Shown: positions 11,926 to 24,394 of the stretch, piece after piece
Numbering within the stretch: position 1 is the stretch's first letter
How the letters are laid out: each line of letters begins with the position of its first letter
Assembly (NCBI GenBank): GCA_028534125.1
Contig: CM052827.1
Location: forward strand, 25,358,001-25,422,000
Source of the DNA: Lama glama
Lineage: Eukaryota
Direction of reading: 5' to 3'
DNA: 64,000 nt
Translations under genes and position numbers: made by a program
Notes under the pieces: model-generated
Seen by the model: the letters and a program-made list of their open reading frames with translations, nothing else
Databases searched by the model: none
What the model was told of the DNA's origin: nothing

Positions 11926-13399
11926 CCGAATAATATTAACACAAGTTTCAAGTTCGATGGCACAGATCTGGAGTTTGGGAAAATGCAAGTGTAATTTACA
12001 AGTCTACCGCTCAGACCTGTGTTTGGTTTGGCACCAAGTAGCCACCGCAACCTCCCAGACCTGACGCCGTCTTCCCTTTATTAGATCCTCTGCCTTCCCT
12101 TCTGGCCTGGACAAGCCCTCATTTCTTAACCTAATGGGAGGAGTGATTCTTTGCCAGAAAAGCGAGAGACGTCCTTCTCAAGGCATCTAAGACGTTGCCA
12201 TTTACCGTGCAGAGAGAAGGCCATAGCTACTCTTTCAATGAGACAGGCACAAAAGCCCTTGTTGTGGACACCAATAAGAAAAGTGAACCCTCCGCCTGGT
12301 GTAATTCACTTCATTTATTGACCAGAGTTCTCTCCCCCAACCCCGATTCCTTTGCATTTGTCAGCGGTTCAGAGACCCCTGGCATTCAGCATGATTTGTA
12401 ATGTAAATTATATAATTGTACTTTCACATATTTTAACATCAAATGAAATGATTGACTACAGAATCAGAGCTGTCTACNNNNNNNNNNNNNNNNNNNNNNN
12501 NNNNNNNNNNNNNNNNNNNNNNNNNNNNNNNNNNNNNNNNNNNNNNNNNNNNNNNNNNNNNNNNNNNNNNNNNNNNNNNNNNNNNNNNNNNNNNNNNNNN
12601 NNNNNNNNNNNNNNNNNNNNNNNNNNNNNNNNNNNNNNNNNNNNNNNNNNNNNNNNNNNNNNNNNNNNNNNNNNNNNNNNNNNNNNNNNNNNNNNNNNNN
12701 NNNNNNNNNNNNNNNNNNNNNNNNNNNNNNNNNNNNNNNNNNNNNNNNNNNNNNNNNNNNNNNNNNNNNNNNNNNNNNNNNNNNNNNNNNNNNNNNNNNN
12801 NNNNNNNNNNNNNNNNNNNNNNNNNNNNNNNNNNNNNNNNNNNNNNNNNNNNNNNNNNNNNNNNNNNNNNNNNNNNNNNNNNNNNNNNNNNNNNNNNNNN
12901 NNNNNNNNNNNNNNNNNNNNNNNNNNNNNNNNNNNNNNNNNNNNNNNNNNNNNNNNNNNNNNNNNNNNNNNNNNNNNNNNNNNNNNNNNNNNNGCATTAA
13001 TCATGTGTTACAGGGAGTAAAAAGCAAAGTAAATCACGCCACGTTGAAAAGTAAGATGGAAGGTCTTCGGGCAAGGATTTTAATCAATAATATGTGAGAT
13101 GATAACCAGAAGCTATTGTTTTAATCTCCCAATATGAAAAGAAATGAATGCAAAACACAGCGCTACCAAGAGCCGGAGCGGCTTCCATGATGCCTCATAA
13201 GAACTACAAACGGTTTGGCAGCTCAACTTCCAGTCTTGATTCACGACAATACACACCCTACTTCTTTTTAATGGGAAAGAGTCAAGCCTGTCCCTTAAGC
13301 CGCCTATTTCTGAAGCCTCAGCTGTGGCCCAGGTCCTGGGCTACGGGTTCTGACTTGCTCAGTTTTCCTTGTGTAGTAAATACCTACTGGCTTTGTGTG

Positions 13400-13635
13400 C
13401 CCGGCATCCCTTCCTGCCTCTTCTAAGGGCATCTCTTTTTCCTTTGAGACCCTCCCCTCTCCCCTTCTCAGTCCCCGTGGTGCACGTGGTGTTGGCTTCA
13501 CCAGTGGTTCTAGGGGAAGATGTGTCTCTATCCTGGCATCACTGTGATTAATTAGTTCAGGAGTGGGTGTGTGATTCATCAGAGCCCATGAAATGCAGCC
13601 TTGGGGGTTCTCGCCAGTACTCTTATGAAAGAGGC
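13400..13635 (+). mobile_element. Old ERVL-type LTR (LTR16/LTR33-like), interrupted by younger MaLR LTRs
   Basis: 'cactgtgattaattagttcaggagtgggtgtgtgattc' resembles the ERVL LTR motif; similar sequence appears to resume at 14117-14162 and 14508-14539. Confidence 0.5.
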
Positions 13636-13984
13636 TGTTATGGGTTGAACTATGTCCTGCCCAAAATACGTACGTCGAAGTCCTAGCTCCAAAAACTTGA
13701 GCCTATGACCTTATTGGGGCATAGGATCACCAAAGAGGTAATTAGTTAAGATGAGTTCATACTGCAGTAAGTAGGACCCCTAATACAATGTGACTAGCAT
13801 CCTTACACAAAAAGGAAATTTGGACCCAAACAGATACGCACATAGGGAAATGCCATGTGAAGATGAAAAGGTTGGGGTGATGCTTTTACAAGCCAAAGAG
13901 CACCAAGATTTCCAGCAAACCACCAGAAACGAGGGGAGAGGCATGGACCTGATTTTTCCTCACAGCCCTCAGAAAAAATCAACC
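13636..13984 (+). mobile_element. MaLR LTR, MLT1C-like (3' end under N-run)
   Basis: Starts tgttatgggttgaac; 'aagatgagttcatactg', 'gccatgtgaagatg', 'caagccaaagagcaccaaga...cctcagaaaaaatcaacc'. Confidence 0.88.
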
Positions 13985-14162
13985 NNNNNNNNNNNNNNNN
14001 NNNNNNNNNNNNNNNNNNNNNNNNNNNNNNNNNNNNNNNNNNNNNNNNNNNNNNNNNNNNNNNNNNNNNNNNNNNNNNNNNNNNNNNNNNNNNNNNNNNN
14101 NNNNNNNNNNNNNNNNTTATTCCCATGTACTGGGGACTTTTTGAGCATATAAGCTTGGCCTG

Positions 14163-14507
14163 TGCTGTGGTCTAAGTGTGGTCTCCCACAATTCCTATGT
14201 TGGACCCTAACCCTGACAGATGGTGGTCGTAGGAGGTGGGGCCTTTGGGAGCAGCTTAAGCCATGAAGGTGGAGCCCCTATGAGTAGGATTAGCATCCTA
14301 TAAAAGAGGCTCCTGAGAGCTCCCTCGCCCTTCCAATATGTGAGGACATAACGTGAAGTCTGCGACCTGGAAGAGATTCCTCACTCAACCACGCTGGCAC
14401 TCTGATCTCGGATTTACAGCCTCCAGAACTCTGAGAAATAAATTTCTGCTGTTTATAACCAACCTAATCTGAGGTATTTTGTTAGAACAGCCCGAACGGA
14501 CTAATGG
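14163..14507 (+). mobile_element. MaLR LTR, MLT1A/MLT1A0-like, full length
   Basis: tgctgtggtct start; 'ggaggtggggcctttggga', TATA 'cctataaaaga', 'cctccagaactctgagaaataaatttctg', end 'gcccgaacggactaa'. Confidence 0.9.
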
Positions 14508-15414
14508 CTGGTATTTATCTTACCCAGCAATGGAGCCAANNNNNNNNNNNNNNNNNNNNNNNNNNNNNNNNNNNNNNNNNNNNNNNNNNNNNNNNNNNNN
14601 NNNNNNNNNNNNNNNNNNNNNNNNNNNNNNNNNNNNNNNNNNNNNNNNNNNNNNNNNNNNNNNNNNNNNNNNNNNNNNNNNNNNNNNNNNNNNNNNNNNN
14701 NNNNNNNNNNNNNNNNNNNNNNNNNNNNNNNNNNNNNNNNNNNNNNNNNNNNNNNNNNNNNNNNNNNNNNNNNNNNNNNNNNNNNNNNNNNNNNNNNNNN
14801 NNNNNNNNNNNNNNNNNNNNNNNNNNNNNNNNNNNNNNNNNNNNNNNNNNNNNNNNNNNNNNNNNNNNNNNNNNNNNNNNNNNNNNNNNNNNNNNNNNNN
14901 NNNNNNNNNNNNNNNNNNNNNNNNNNNNNNNNNNNNNNNNNNNNNNNNNNNNNNNNNNNNNNNNNNNNNNNNNNNNNNNNNNNNNNNNNNNNNNNNNNNN
15001 NNNNNNNNNNNNNNNNNNNNNNNNNNNNNNNNNNNNNNNAGTGATCTCCCAGTCCCATTTCCAGCCTGCTGCCCTTTTTTATGTGACTCCCCTGACCTTA
15101 GCAAGCATTTAAGCTTGCAAGCCCTAGTTTAAGCAAACCTTGAGTTTCTACCATTTAGTATCAAAAACCCAAACTGGTTTTGATTCCACGCTACAGTGGA
15201 ATCATCTCCCGGGTGGCTGTTTTCCAGTGAGAGATAGGCAATGAAATGCTGATATAAAATCTGGGTCTTTAGGAGATGAGTCTTTAGAAGAAGTCTAGAA
15301 TCAATGACCCAATAAATGTTCACATTCTCTGTCAATAAAATAAAATGAAAAATTTAATAATCTGTAAAATGACAGCTATAAAGAAAAACTCAATGAGTGA
15401 CTTTAAAATGTTTG

Positions 15415-15555
15415 TATTCATTGATGTATCTATTGTCTGCCCCCCTGTGTGACTATAAGCCTCATGAGGGAAGGGACTTGGGCTTGGTCACTGCTGTATG
15501 CCCAGTGCCTGAAACAATGCCCAGTTTACCAAATATTTGTTGGGCTAAATGAACA
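15415..15555 (+). mobile_element. L2 3' end
   Basis: 'gactataagcctcatgagggaagggact...cactgctgtatgcccagtgcctgaaaca...aaatatttgttgggctaaatgaa'. Confidence 0.8.
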
Positions 15556-16510
15556 GTCATAGTGGCTGAGACATTGCCCTGAGCACTTGGACAAGTATTA
15601 AGACTTCAGAGATGCTCTTTAGCAGATGAGGAGATAGAGACAAAGGGCAATTAACCAAGGTGCCCAAGGTTGCCCGGCTGGGCAGTGGTACAGCAGGACG
15701 GAAGGGCAGGCAGCCCACGTACCCACCCACTGGTCTAGCCTGACTCCTCCCCAACCTCTTCCTCCATTTTTTGGGCCAAAACTAAGAAACGAAGGCTCCC
15801 TGAGCCAGTTTGAGGCTTTGAATCTCTTTCTGGTGCCAAGTACATACTAAAAGCTTTCTGAATTTGAGCTATTAAAAGCATTATTTCTCCAAGAAGGAGA
15901 ACAGGAGGGCTGTTAAAGAGACCTGTAATCTAAGGAAAAAGCAAGAAGTTAGGAAGTTAAATACCCTCTCAGGACTCTGTTTCTATTTCTGTTTCCTCTT
16001 TAAATCAGTTAACTTAGCCTTTATAGGTTCCTGTTTTTCCAGCTAGAAAAACTGGGGAAACGCTTTCTCCGACATCCTCTCCCCGGGAACACTGGAAAGG
16101 TGACATGTGAAGGAGGCAAATTCAAAACATGTAATATTTATAATAACACAACTTATTTTACAAGTTTAAAACCTGGTTTTTAATTCATGATCCTATTGTC
16201 TCCACCCCCACCCCCAAGAACTCTGTTAGCGGACCAAGGATGGTTAGCTCCATCAAAATGAGAAAAGGGAGTCTGGGAAGCAATTATCACTTGCCAAACA
16301 TTACAAAGTTTACAAATAGTAAAGCTTGGACCAGAACGAACCCATTTCTTCTAGGCCAAGTGTAATCGCTGAACAAGACCTACAGGGAAAATGGGAGCTT
16401 GCTATGGATGTGCTCTGTGATGTGTGGGGGTGGGGAAGGGCTGATTCAGACATGCAGACCATCAAACACAGGAGGAGGCTGTACTCCCCACAATAAAGGG
16501 GAGAGGGCAG

Positions 16511-16974
16511 ATTTGCAGCAGCATGGATGGACTTAGAGATTATCATGTTAAGTGAAGTAAGTCAGACAGAGAAAGACAAATATCATATGATAGCACTTAT
16601 ATGTGGAATCTAAAAAATATGATACAAATCTTATTTACAAACCAAAAACAGACTTACAGACATAGAAAACTGTGGTTACCAAAGGGGAAAGTGTGGGGGA
16701 GGAATAAAATTAGGAATTTGGGATTAACAGATACACATTGTTGTTTAAAAAATAAACAACAAGGACCCACTTACTGTCTAGCACAGAGAACTATATTCAA
16801 TTTCTTTATAATATAATACCAAGACATATAATAGAAAATAATCTGAAAAATATATACATATGTATGTATATGTTTAACTGAATCGATTTGCTGTACTCCT
16901 GAAACTAACATTGTAAATCAACTATACTTCAATTAAAAGGAAAAAAAAAAAGAAAACAGAAAAAAAAGAAAAAG
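16511..16974 (+). mobile_element. 5'-truncated L1 (cetartiodactyl-type): end of ORF2, 3' UTR and polyA
   Basis: 'atttgcagcagcatggatggacttagag...taagtgaagtaagtcagacagagaaagacaaatatc'; end 'ttgtaaatcaactatacttcaat' plus A tail; 16-bp TSD with 2 mismatches (16495-16510 / 16975-16990). Confidence 0.93.
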
Positions 16975-18774
16975 AAAGAGAAGAGGGCAGGCTTCCCAGA
17001 GCTTGTGGCAAGTCATGAGCAGCATAAGAGTGGAGGAAGGGAGAGGATCGCAGATAAAAGGCATTTGGTACGCAGTTCAAGGAGCATTTCAGAAACGGCA
17101 AGTACGAAGGCTGTCTGCGCTGGATTGGAGATGCTGGCAGATATAAGGGACAGGGGATTTGAAACCTTGAATGCCAGGCTACAGACTTTTTTTTTTTTCC
17201 TAAACAATTAGAAGCCTTTCTTAGTGGAAAGAACTTGGGCGTTGGAGGTAGTGAGTCCTGGGTTCAAATCCTGAAGCTGCCTCTTTCTGTTTCCAAATCT
17301 TGATCGCTTCATTGGTATGGCTGATTGGAGACTGAGAGCTCCCAGCGCCTGACACTCGCCACAACAGTGACCTCTCCGATCGTCCCTAGGCTGGCTGGAC
17401 CCGAGGGAGGACAGGCAGGCAGAGGAGATGAGAGGTTGAGATGTCCAACTGCAGATTCATTAGTGATGTGAAGTGTTGTGTCATTTCCCGCCTCCAGGTT
17501 CTGCGGCAGTACAGAAGCATCTGGATCAGGTGGCACCAGGAGCTTCCAGGCTCCAGTGTTGATTTGCGTTCGAGTGTTTTCTACAAAGAGCTCTCTCTTC
17601 AGACTCGCACCAGGCCCGTAATTGGGGAAACACGGCGATGGTGTCCCTCACAAGCTGGCTGATGCATTCCACTCTTCCCATCACCTTTCAAGTGTGTCTT
17701 TGAGGCTTCTCTTTCGGGATTGTTTCGAAGGAGTCTTGAGCAAATAGGTAATCACCTTCCCTGCACAGTGCTGCCCGGCATCACCCTTCCATGAGCCCTG
17801 CAGCCCCTGTGAACCTGACAAAGCACCCTCCATAGCCAGTTTTCTTATGCAGAAAGGCCGGCTTTATTATTATTGCTGTTTTTTGAGAGCTATAGTCTAG
17901 GAAACAGATCCATTCAAGGGGAAGCAGGCAGCTACTAGCCATTAGAGGGAAGGAAGTAAATAATTGCTTTTTAATACATTATTTATGACCTGCTCAATGC
18001 TCACACCTTTCTTGTGCAGCCCAGAACTTCAGCCGCACTAAAGGAGGGGCTTATTTACTCATAGTTCTGTAAATGTAGACAATAAAAGTATATCGATATT
18101 CAGGCAAAAACAGGGACGACTTAAGATAATTTTTGCTCTGCTGTAGTTTTCTGTGCTGCTCTAATTGGAGTATTTTTTGTTTCTGGGTCAAGTCATTTCA
18201 CAAGTGGTGGAAAATAACCTCCTTCTGGGCTCAGACACAGCTCTTACTAAACAGTATTTCCATTCCTGTATGTTCAGAGGATATGAGTTTGAACACAGGC
18301 GTGTGTGTCTATCCATTGAGGATTGGTGAATTTGCTGGTGGAGGACTGAGGTCTGGGTGGGTGTGATGTTGGCTTCTCCAAACTTCCTCTATGGGACTAG
18401 ACCCTCTCCAAGGCCCCGTGAGGATGAGAGGAAGAAGGGAAGTGACCAGGAGCCCAATGCTGGCTGCCCAGGTTTTGTGTCCTTGGAGCAATGTCACACC
18501 CATGCCTTATGGATTTCACATATCGATTCATATGATCCTTACAACCACAGGCAAGGCAAGATGGTGACTGTCCCCATTTCATAGATGAGAAAACTGAGGC
18601 TGACCTCCTGCCAAGCAGCCCATGCTTACTAAAGCCCAGAGCGTTTTTTCACTTACCACGGCAACTGCTGTGGTGCCATCTCTGTGCCCACTGGCCAGGG
18701 CTGCCATTTGCGGAGTTACCTGTACCAACCTGAAAAGACCCCATTGTGTGCATGCAAACATTTATGCAGTGGTT

Positions 18775-19130
18775 GCAGGTGTCCCAAGCAGAAGATCATC
18801 AAAACTGAGAGGAAATTTTAAAATTACCTAATACAGCAGCCACCAACTGGATGTTTGTAACAGTTTTAAGCAATTGCCAACACTTAAGCATCAAAAAAGT
18901 TCGCTGCATTAAAATGTAAATTTCTGTTTCTCTCTGGAAGTCAGGTCTGGCTACCCTGGTCCCCGGCTCCGCGGCCACAGTTGAGTGGGGCTGAGTGACA
19001 GCTGTCCCTTTGGGTGGAATTGAGGGCTCCAGATCTCCAACATCCCCACTGCTCCCTGATGTTTCACACCCAGCCCATTTCAGTCACTTATGTTACCTAT
19101 CTGGTTCTGTAGACATTTAAAACATTTGAA
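18775..19130. mobile_element. hAT-Charlie element, MER102-like
   Basis: 'aattgccaaca...aaatttctgtttctctctggaagtcaggtctggctaccctgg...cccagcccatttcagtcacttatgttacc'. Confidence 0.55.
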
Positions 19131-19134
19131 TTTT

Positions 19135-19708
19135 ATTTAATTGATTTATTTAATCATGCATGTGGAAAATACTTCAGATGGTACCAAGGGAATATATAGT
19201 GAAAAGGGAACCCTCCCTCCCATTCTGTCCTGCCGTCTCCTTGGACAACCACTGTTACCGGTCCCTTCTTGTTCTAGGGATACAATATGCCAGGCAAGCA
19301 TAATATATCACCTTTTTTAAAAAACATCAACTCACTAAGATTTTGTTGTTTTATGTGTCAGTATATTTTAGGCACTATACTTTATCCACAGTAAGAGAGC
19401 TGTCTCCTTCTTTTCCAAGGCTGCATAGTATTCCTTTGTGTGGATGCACTGTAATTTATATAAGCAGTTCCCTAATGATGGACATTTAGATTGTTTCTGA
19501 GACTTTGCTATCACAAACGGGGCTAATCTGAATATCTCTGTGCATGTTTATCTGTACACATGTGTGAGTGCATCTGGAAGAAAGATGCTTAGAGGTAGAA
19601 CTGCTGGGTTGAAGAGAGTGTGCTTTTAAAATTGTGATATTGTCCAAAGACCCGACAAGAAGACATACCAACTGACAGTCCCACTAAGAGTCAGTAAGAA
19701 TCCCTTCT
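19135..19708 (-). mobile_element. Old L1 (L1ME-like) 3' region
   Basis: 'ggctgcatagtattcctttgtgtggatg...gatggacatttagattgtttc...agaactgctgggttgaag' antisense L1. Confidence 0.85.
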
Positions 19709-20829
19709 AGATCTAGGGCTCCTGATCTCACCTAGTCCATTCAACAGGTAAGGAAACTGAGGCCCAGAGGGAGGATGTCATGTGGTTTGTAAACAGCACA
19801 GCCCAGACTTGAATTGATCCTGGATGTGTAATGCTGTCTGCCTCCCCTCTCCATAAGGCCCCAGCTGTTCTGCTGTCCTGATCCAGCCCTGCTTTGTAGG
19901 AAACTAAACTAAGGGGCTCTGGGATTAGGTCTGGGGTTTGGCAAACTAGACCCAGGCCAGCTCTGGAGGAGCAGATGTTCTGCTAACAAATACTTCCATC
20001 GTGACTGGCACATGCTGTCACCTTGGTGGGCTGGCTTGGCAGCAAAGGCCAAAGAGTAAATGGACCATGGAAGCTAAATTACCAGCCCAGCCCTTGGTGG
20101 TTTTTAAATTATAGATTTTTAAACAAAGCTAAATATAGAGCAATTAAGAAATGGCTCCACAGTCTACCCCAAAGAACAAAACAGCTGAACTGGAACTAAC
20201 ACAGCACATGCATATACATGTGAAATGAGAGATGAACAGAGGGAGCTCTTAGAGTAAAATCCAAGCTCTGTCCCTCAGTTTCTCCAACAGAGCACACACA
20301 TTCCTGCCTCAGGGCCTTTATACATGCTGTTCCCACCGCCTGATAGGCTCCCTTCCCCTTCCGTTCTCTTCTTTCTTTTGAATAGAGACCTCCTTAGATT
20401 CTCCCCCAATTGCCATCTCAGTCTCATTTTATCTTTTCTCATGGTTTTTATGACTAGCTGTTTTTACATTTATTTACTCTTTTTGGTCTGCTTCCCCACC
20501 CCACCCCCAGCCCAAAGTCTCTGTTTCTTCATCTGTACTATTATGATAATGTTTCCACTCTGCCTGTTGCTAGGAAAACAACTGAGACACTGAAAGCCAA
20601 CCACCCTCACTGATCTCCCCTCCTGTGCCTCAGTAGGACTGCTGGTCTGTGGCACAAAATTCAAATCTTCATACTTGATATAGCAATTCCCTAAGTATAG
20701 TGCATGGACCACCAGAGCATTAAAGATACTGTTATATGGGCCATGGAGAAACTTTGAAAATATTTTTTTATTATAGTTACCTCTTACTGTCATCCTGGCC
20801 TAAAGTGCCTTAATTTCCAAGATTTTTGC

Positions 20830-21041
20830 ATCATTTCTGTCTCCTCACTGGTACCCTGTCTAACTACCCTTCCTTCTTACAGTCTATTCTATACTCAGGG
20901 GCCCGGAAGAATCTTGTTAAAGAAGTCTGACCATTACTAACTACTATATATAAAATAATAAACAACAAGGTCCTACTGTAGAGCACAGAAAACTACATTC
21001 AACATTTTGTAATAGCCTATAATGAAAAAGAATGTGAAAAG

Positions 21042-21083
<42 letters not shown>

Positions 21084-21748
21084 GCATCACTATGCTGTAC
21101 ACCAGATATTAACACAACATTGTAAACTGACTATACTTCAATTATTTTAAAAATGCAGGAAAAAAAAAAGAAGAAGAAATCTGACCATGCCTTCTCTGAT
21201 CAGAACCCTCCCATGGCCCCCTCTCCCTCAGAGAAAAATTCCAAGTCTTTCCAGTGATCTACAAGACCCTTCACAGTCAGCCCCCTACCTGACCCTTTCC
21301 TTCTGGGACCTCACCAAATATTCTCTAGGAACACCGATGCTCTCAAATATACCAGACACACAAAGCTTCCGCACCATTGCATTTTCTGAGCCCTAAGCCT
21401 GGAATCTTTTCTTTCCAGTTCTCAGTGTGGCTTATAACCTCAGCTTCGTTCAAGTCTTCACTCAACTGTCCACTTCTCAGAGCGGTCTTCACCGACCACC
21501 TTGTTTGAAATTGCTACCCACCCCTCTATACTTCCTGTCCCTTTTCTCTGCTCCATTTTGCTCCAAAGCACTTAGCAACTCTTGGTGTCCCACTATCTTC
21601 CTTATATCTCTCCTGCTCTGTCTCCCTTACTTAGAAGGGAAGCTCCAGGAAGGCAGGACTTTTTCGGTTTTGTTAACAGCTGTATTCCTCAGGCCTGGAA
21701 CGATACCTTTGTAGGAGCTCAGCAGTTATTGGCAAATGAAAGGATGAC
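20830..21748 (+). mobile_element. L2 3' portion, interrupted by an L1
   Basis: L2 body 'cagtctattct...tctgaccatg...gaaccctcccatggc' continues across the L1 to 'aagctccaggaaggcaggact...gtaggagctcagcagttattggcaaatgaa'. Confidence 0.85.
20935..21173 (+). mobile_element. 5'-truncated camelid-type L1 3' UTR with internal (TA)18
   Basis: 'aacaacaaggtcctactgtagagcacag...tatgctgtacaccaga...tgtaaactgactatacttcaat'; TSD aagaagtctgaccat 20920-20934 / aagaaatctgaccat 21174-21188. Confidence 0.92.
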
Positions 21749-21749
21749 T

Positions 21750-22207
21750 CTGGATTATTGAGTGTTAGCCACAGAAGCTGACGCTGCAGAGAGTTAACAG
21801 AAGTTTTAGTGACGGAGGAGTTTGTTGGGATTCAGAAATCAACCAGAGCCTGAAAGAATGGGCTCGGAATCAGCAAGAACCCCGCCATCTCAGGAGAGCT
21901 CGGCTGCAAAGCCGAAGCAGAGCTTTCTGGCAGAACTGAGAGCATAGCTCACCACCACTGCAACTTGTGACAGATGACCTCCCTGAGTTATACCGTCACC
22001 TGCTCAAGTTTCAGAGTCTGGGAAGCTATGCCTGACTGCCCACATCAATTTGTGTTCACTGTGCCCCTGGCCAGAGTGGGAGAAGGTGGATTTGGCCCGG
22101 TTCAGCCTCCACACATGGGACATTCCCTAAAAGGGAGGTCATGTTGCTTTTAGGATGGGGGAAGTTGATACCAGGCAGAAAAAATAAATAACAATAAATA
22201 TCTACCT
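21750..22207 (-). mobile_element. Old MaLR LTR (MLT1K/L/M-like)
   Basis: 'cattccctaaaagggaggtcatgttgc...gataccaggcag...aaatatctac' resembles antisense MLT1 5' end. Confidence 0.5.
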
Positions 22208-22881
22208 TTGTATGTTATGATTTATTTATAGCAAGTACAGGTGTCAAGGGTGTGGTTTCTGCTCTAAAAATTGAGAAAAAGATGAAAAGCCCCAAATGGG
22301 TAAATCTATTTTGCCGTTTGCAACAGAAAGTGTATAAATGGTCTCAAGACACATGAAAAGATGCTCGATTGAACTCATAATAATAGAAATTCCCATTAGA
22401 ACTAAGCCAAGACACTGTTTCTCCCCTCTCATTTCAGCAAAAATTACAAAAACTTATCAACACACTCTTCTGGAGTTGTTGCAGGAAAACAGGTACTCTC
22501 ATGGGTTGCTGGAGGTACTACAAGAAGGCATGACTCCTAGGGTGGGGATTTGGCAATATCTAACAAAACGTATATAACCCTCTACCCACTTATACCCACA
22601 GCCATCCCACTTATAGAAATTTACCCAGAAAATACATCTGTACAGTTATAAATAACATATGTCTGAGGTTATTCACTATGACATTTTGGTTACAGTGAAA
22701 TATTGAAAACAATCTAAATGCCCCTCCACGGAAGACTGGTTGAGTAAATTATTGTATCTCCATACCACAGAATACTATGTAACCACAAAAAAAGAATGAG
22801 AGCGAGCTCTCTTAACGGATATGGAGTAGCTTCCAGCAAATATTGTTAAGTAACAAAGCAAGGTACAAACACGTGTATAGA

Positions 22882-23198
22882 TAACCCTGAGGATATTACG
22901 CTAAGTGAAATAAACCAGTCATAAAAAGAGACGGACCACGTGAATCCCCTCAGATGAGGTGTCTAAAGTAGTCCAATTCACGGACACAGTAAGTATGGTG
23001 ATTGTCAAGGGCTGGAGGGAGAGGGAAGTGAAGGGTTGTTGTTTCATGGAGATAGAGTTTCTGTTTGGCAAGATGAGAAAGTTCTAGAGCTCTGTTGCAC
23101 AGCACTGTGACTATATTTAATGGTACTGAATTACACGCTTAAGACAGTTAAGATGGTTAAGTCTTTACTATGTAATTTTTTATCACAATTAAAAAAAA
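22882..23198 (+). mobile_element. L1MB-like 3' end nested in the older L1
   Basis: 'gatattacgctaagtgaaataaaccagtca...gagtttctgtttggcaagatgagaaagttctagag...tatcacaatt' plus A tail; TSD remnant gtgtataga / atgtataga. Confidence 0.85.
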
Positions 23199-23202
23199 TT
23201 TT

Positions 23203-23308
23203 TTTATTCATTTTATTTATTTATTTTTAGAGGAGGTACTGGGGATTGATCCCAGGACCCTGTGCATGCTAAGCTTGTGCTCTAAATCTTGAGCTAAATC
23301 CTCCTCCC
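23203..23308 (-). mobile_element. Vic-1-type SINE (short form) inserted in the L1MB tail
   Basis: 'gaggtactggggattgatcccaggaccctgtgcatgctaagc...ttgagcta'; flanked by taaaaa(aa)attttt on both sides. Confidence 0.9.
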
Positions 23309-23975
23309 TAAAAAATTTTTAATGTATAGAGTATGCTGCCTTTTGTGTAAGAAATATGGGGCAACAAGAACAGATACAGCATTTGCTTATTTTTCTAAAA
23401 AGAAACTTGGCAAAGTTAAACCAGAAATGAATTTAAATGCTTTCCTATTGTGATGGGCTGGAAAAGGGCAAAAAGAGGAAGATGGGAGAGAGACTTCACT
23501 GAATAGATCCTCTTAAATAAGGTTCTGACATTTGAGCCTGGTGAATATTTTAAAGGAACAAAATTAAATTTAAAAGGGTCTAGAAAGCTAACCCCAACAC
23601 TGAAATCAAAGAGAAATGAATGAACTGAACTATACATCACGATGATAATATAACAACACACCCACACAAAAAGTAATTCCAGCAACATTTTAACATAATA
23701 GTCTGATGGTTCACGTATGATGGGATATAGTCTAAGAACATAAAAAAGGGTAAAGAAATCTTCAATTTTACTTAAAGCACCTTTTGTCCACAGGAGTATC
23801 AATGCGGTAAATCTGAAACAATTTTGCGTGTATTGTAGAATAGGGCAGGTGAGTAAATGTATCAATATTGTTGGGACCCAGTGTTTTCACTGTGAGAAGG
23901 AGCTCATGTATGTATGGAATGAGGGAGGGAAGAAGAGCCCTGTGATTTGGGGAACTGGATTGAAGGTATCACATT

Positions 23976-24202
23976 TTTCTTCTTAACTGAAGTAGAGTCA
24001 ATTTACAACGTTGTGTTAGTTTCTGGTATACAGTATAGTGAGTCAGTTGTATGTGTGTATATGTGTATATACATATATATATACACACACACACACTCAT
24101 TTTCATATTCTTTTTCATTGTAGGCTATTGTAAGATACTGTATATAGTCCCCTGTGCTCTACAGTTGGACCTCTATTTTATATACAGTAGTTAGTATCTG
24201 CA
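23976..24202 (-). mobile_element. 5'-truncated cetartiodactyl-type L1 3' UTR
   Basis: 'tgaagtagagtcaatttacaacgttgtgttagtttctggt...tagtcccctgtgctctacagt'; perfect 13-bp TSD aaggtatcacatt (23963-23975 / 24203-24215). Confidence 0.93.
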
Positions 24203-24394
24203 AAGGTATCACATTAATCCAAGAGCTGCAACTTGGAGAGAAATCACAGGAGGTCAAAATTGTTTAAAACTCTTCTCCCTAAATATGGTTCCCAGAAGAA
24301 GCATTCCATGCATTCCTGCTACTTGGACTTTAGAAGAGCCCTTGATTCTTTTAGTGTGGCTTTTCCTTCATTCTTGGAATTAGTCCACGCCCTT

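Larger units (their letters stand above)
22260..23975 (+). mobile_element. Old L1 (L1MC/MD-like) 3' region hosting nested insertions
   Basis: 'acacatgaaaagatgctc', 'atcccacttatagaaatttacccag', 'aacaatctaaatgccc', 'agaatactatg'; resumes after 23331. Confidence 0.8.

Noticed and set aside
12352-13020. Long ORFs containing X runs (here and at all other N-runs)
   Set aside because: Artefacts: N codons cannot be read as stop codons.
13636-14507. Two-LTR provirus
   Set aside because: The two LTRs belong to different subfamilies and there is no gag/pol or internal sequence between them.
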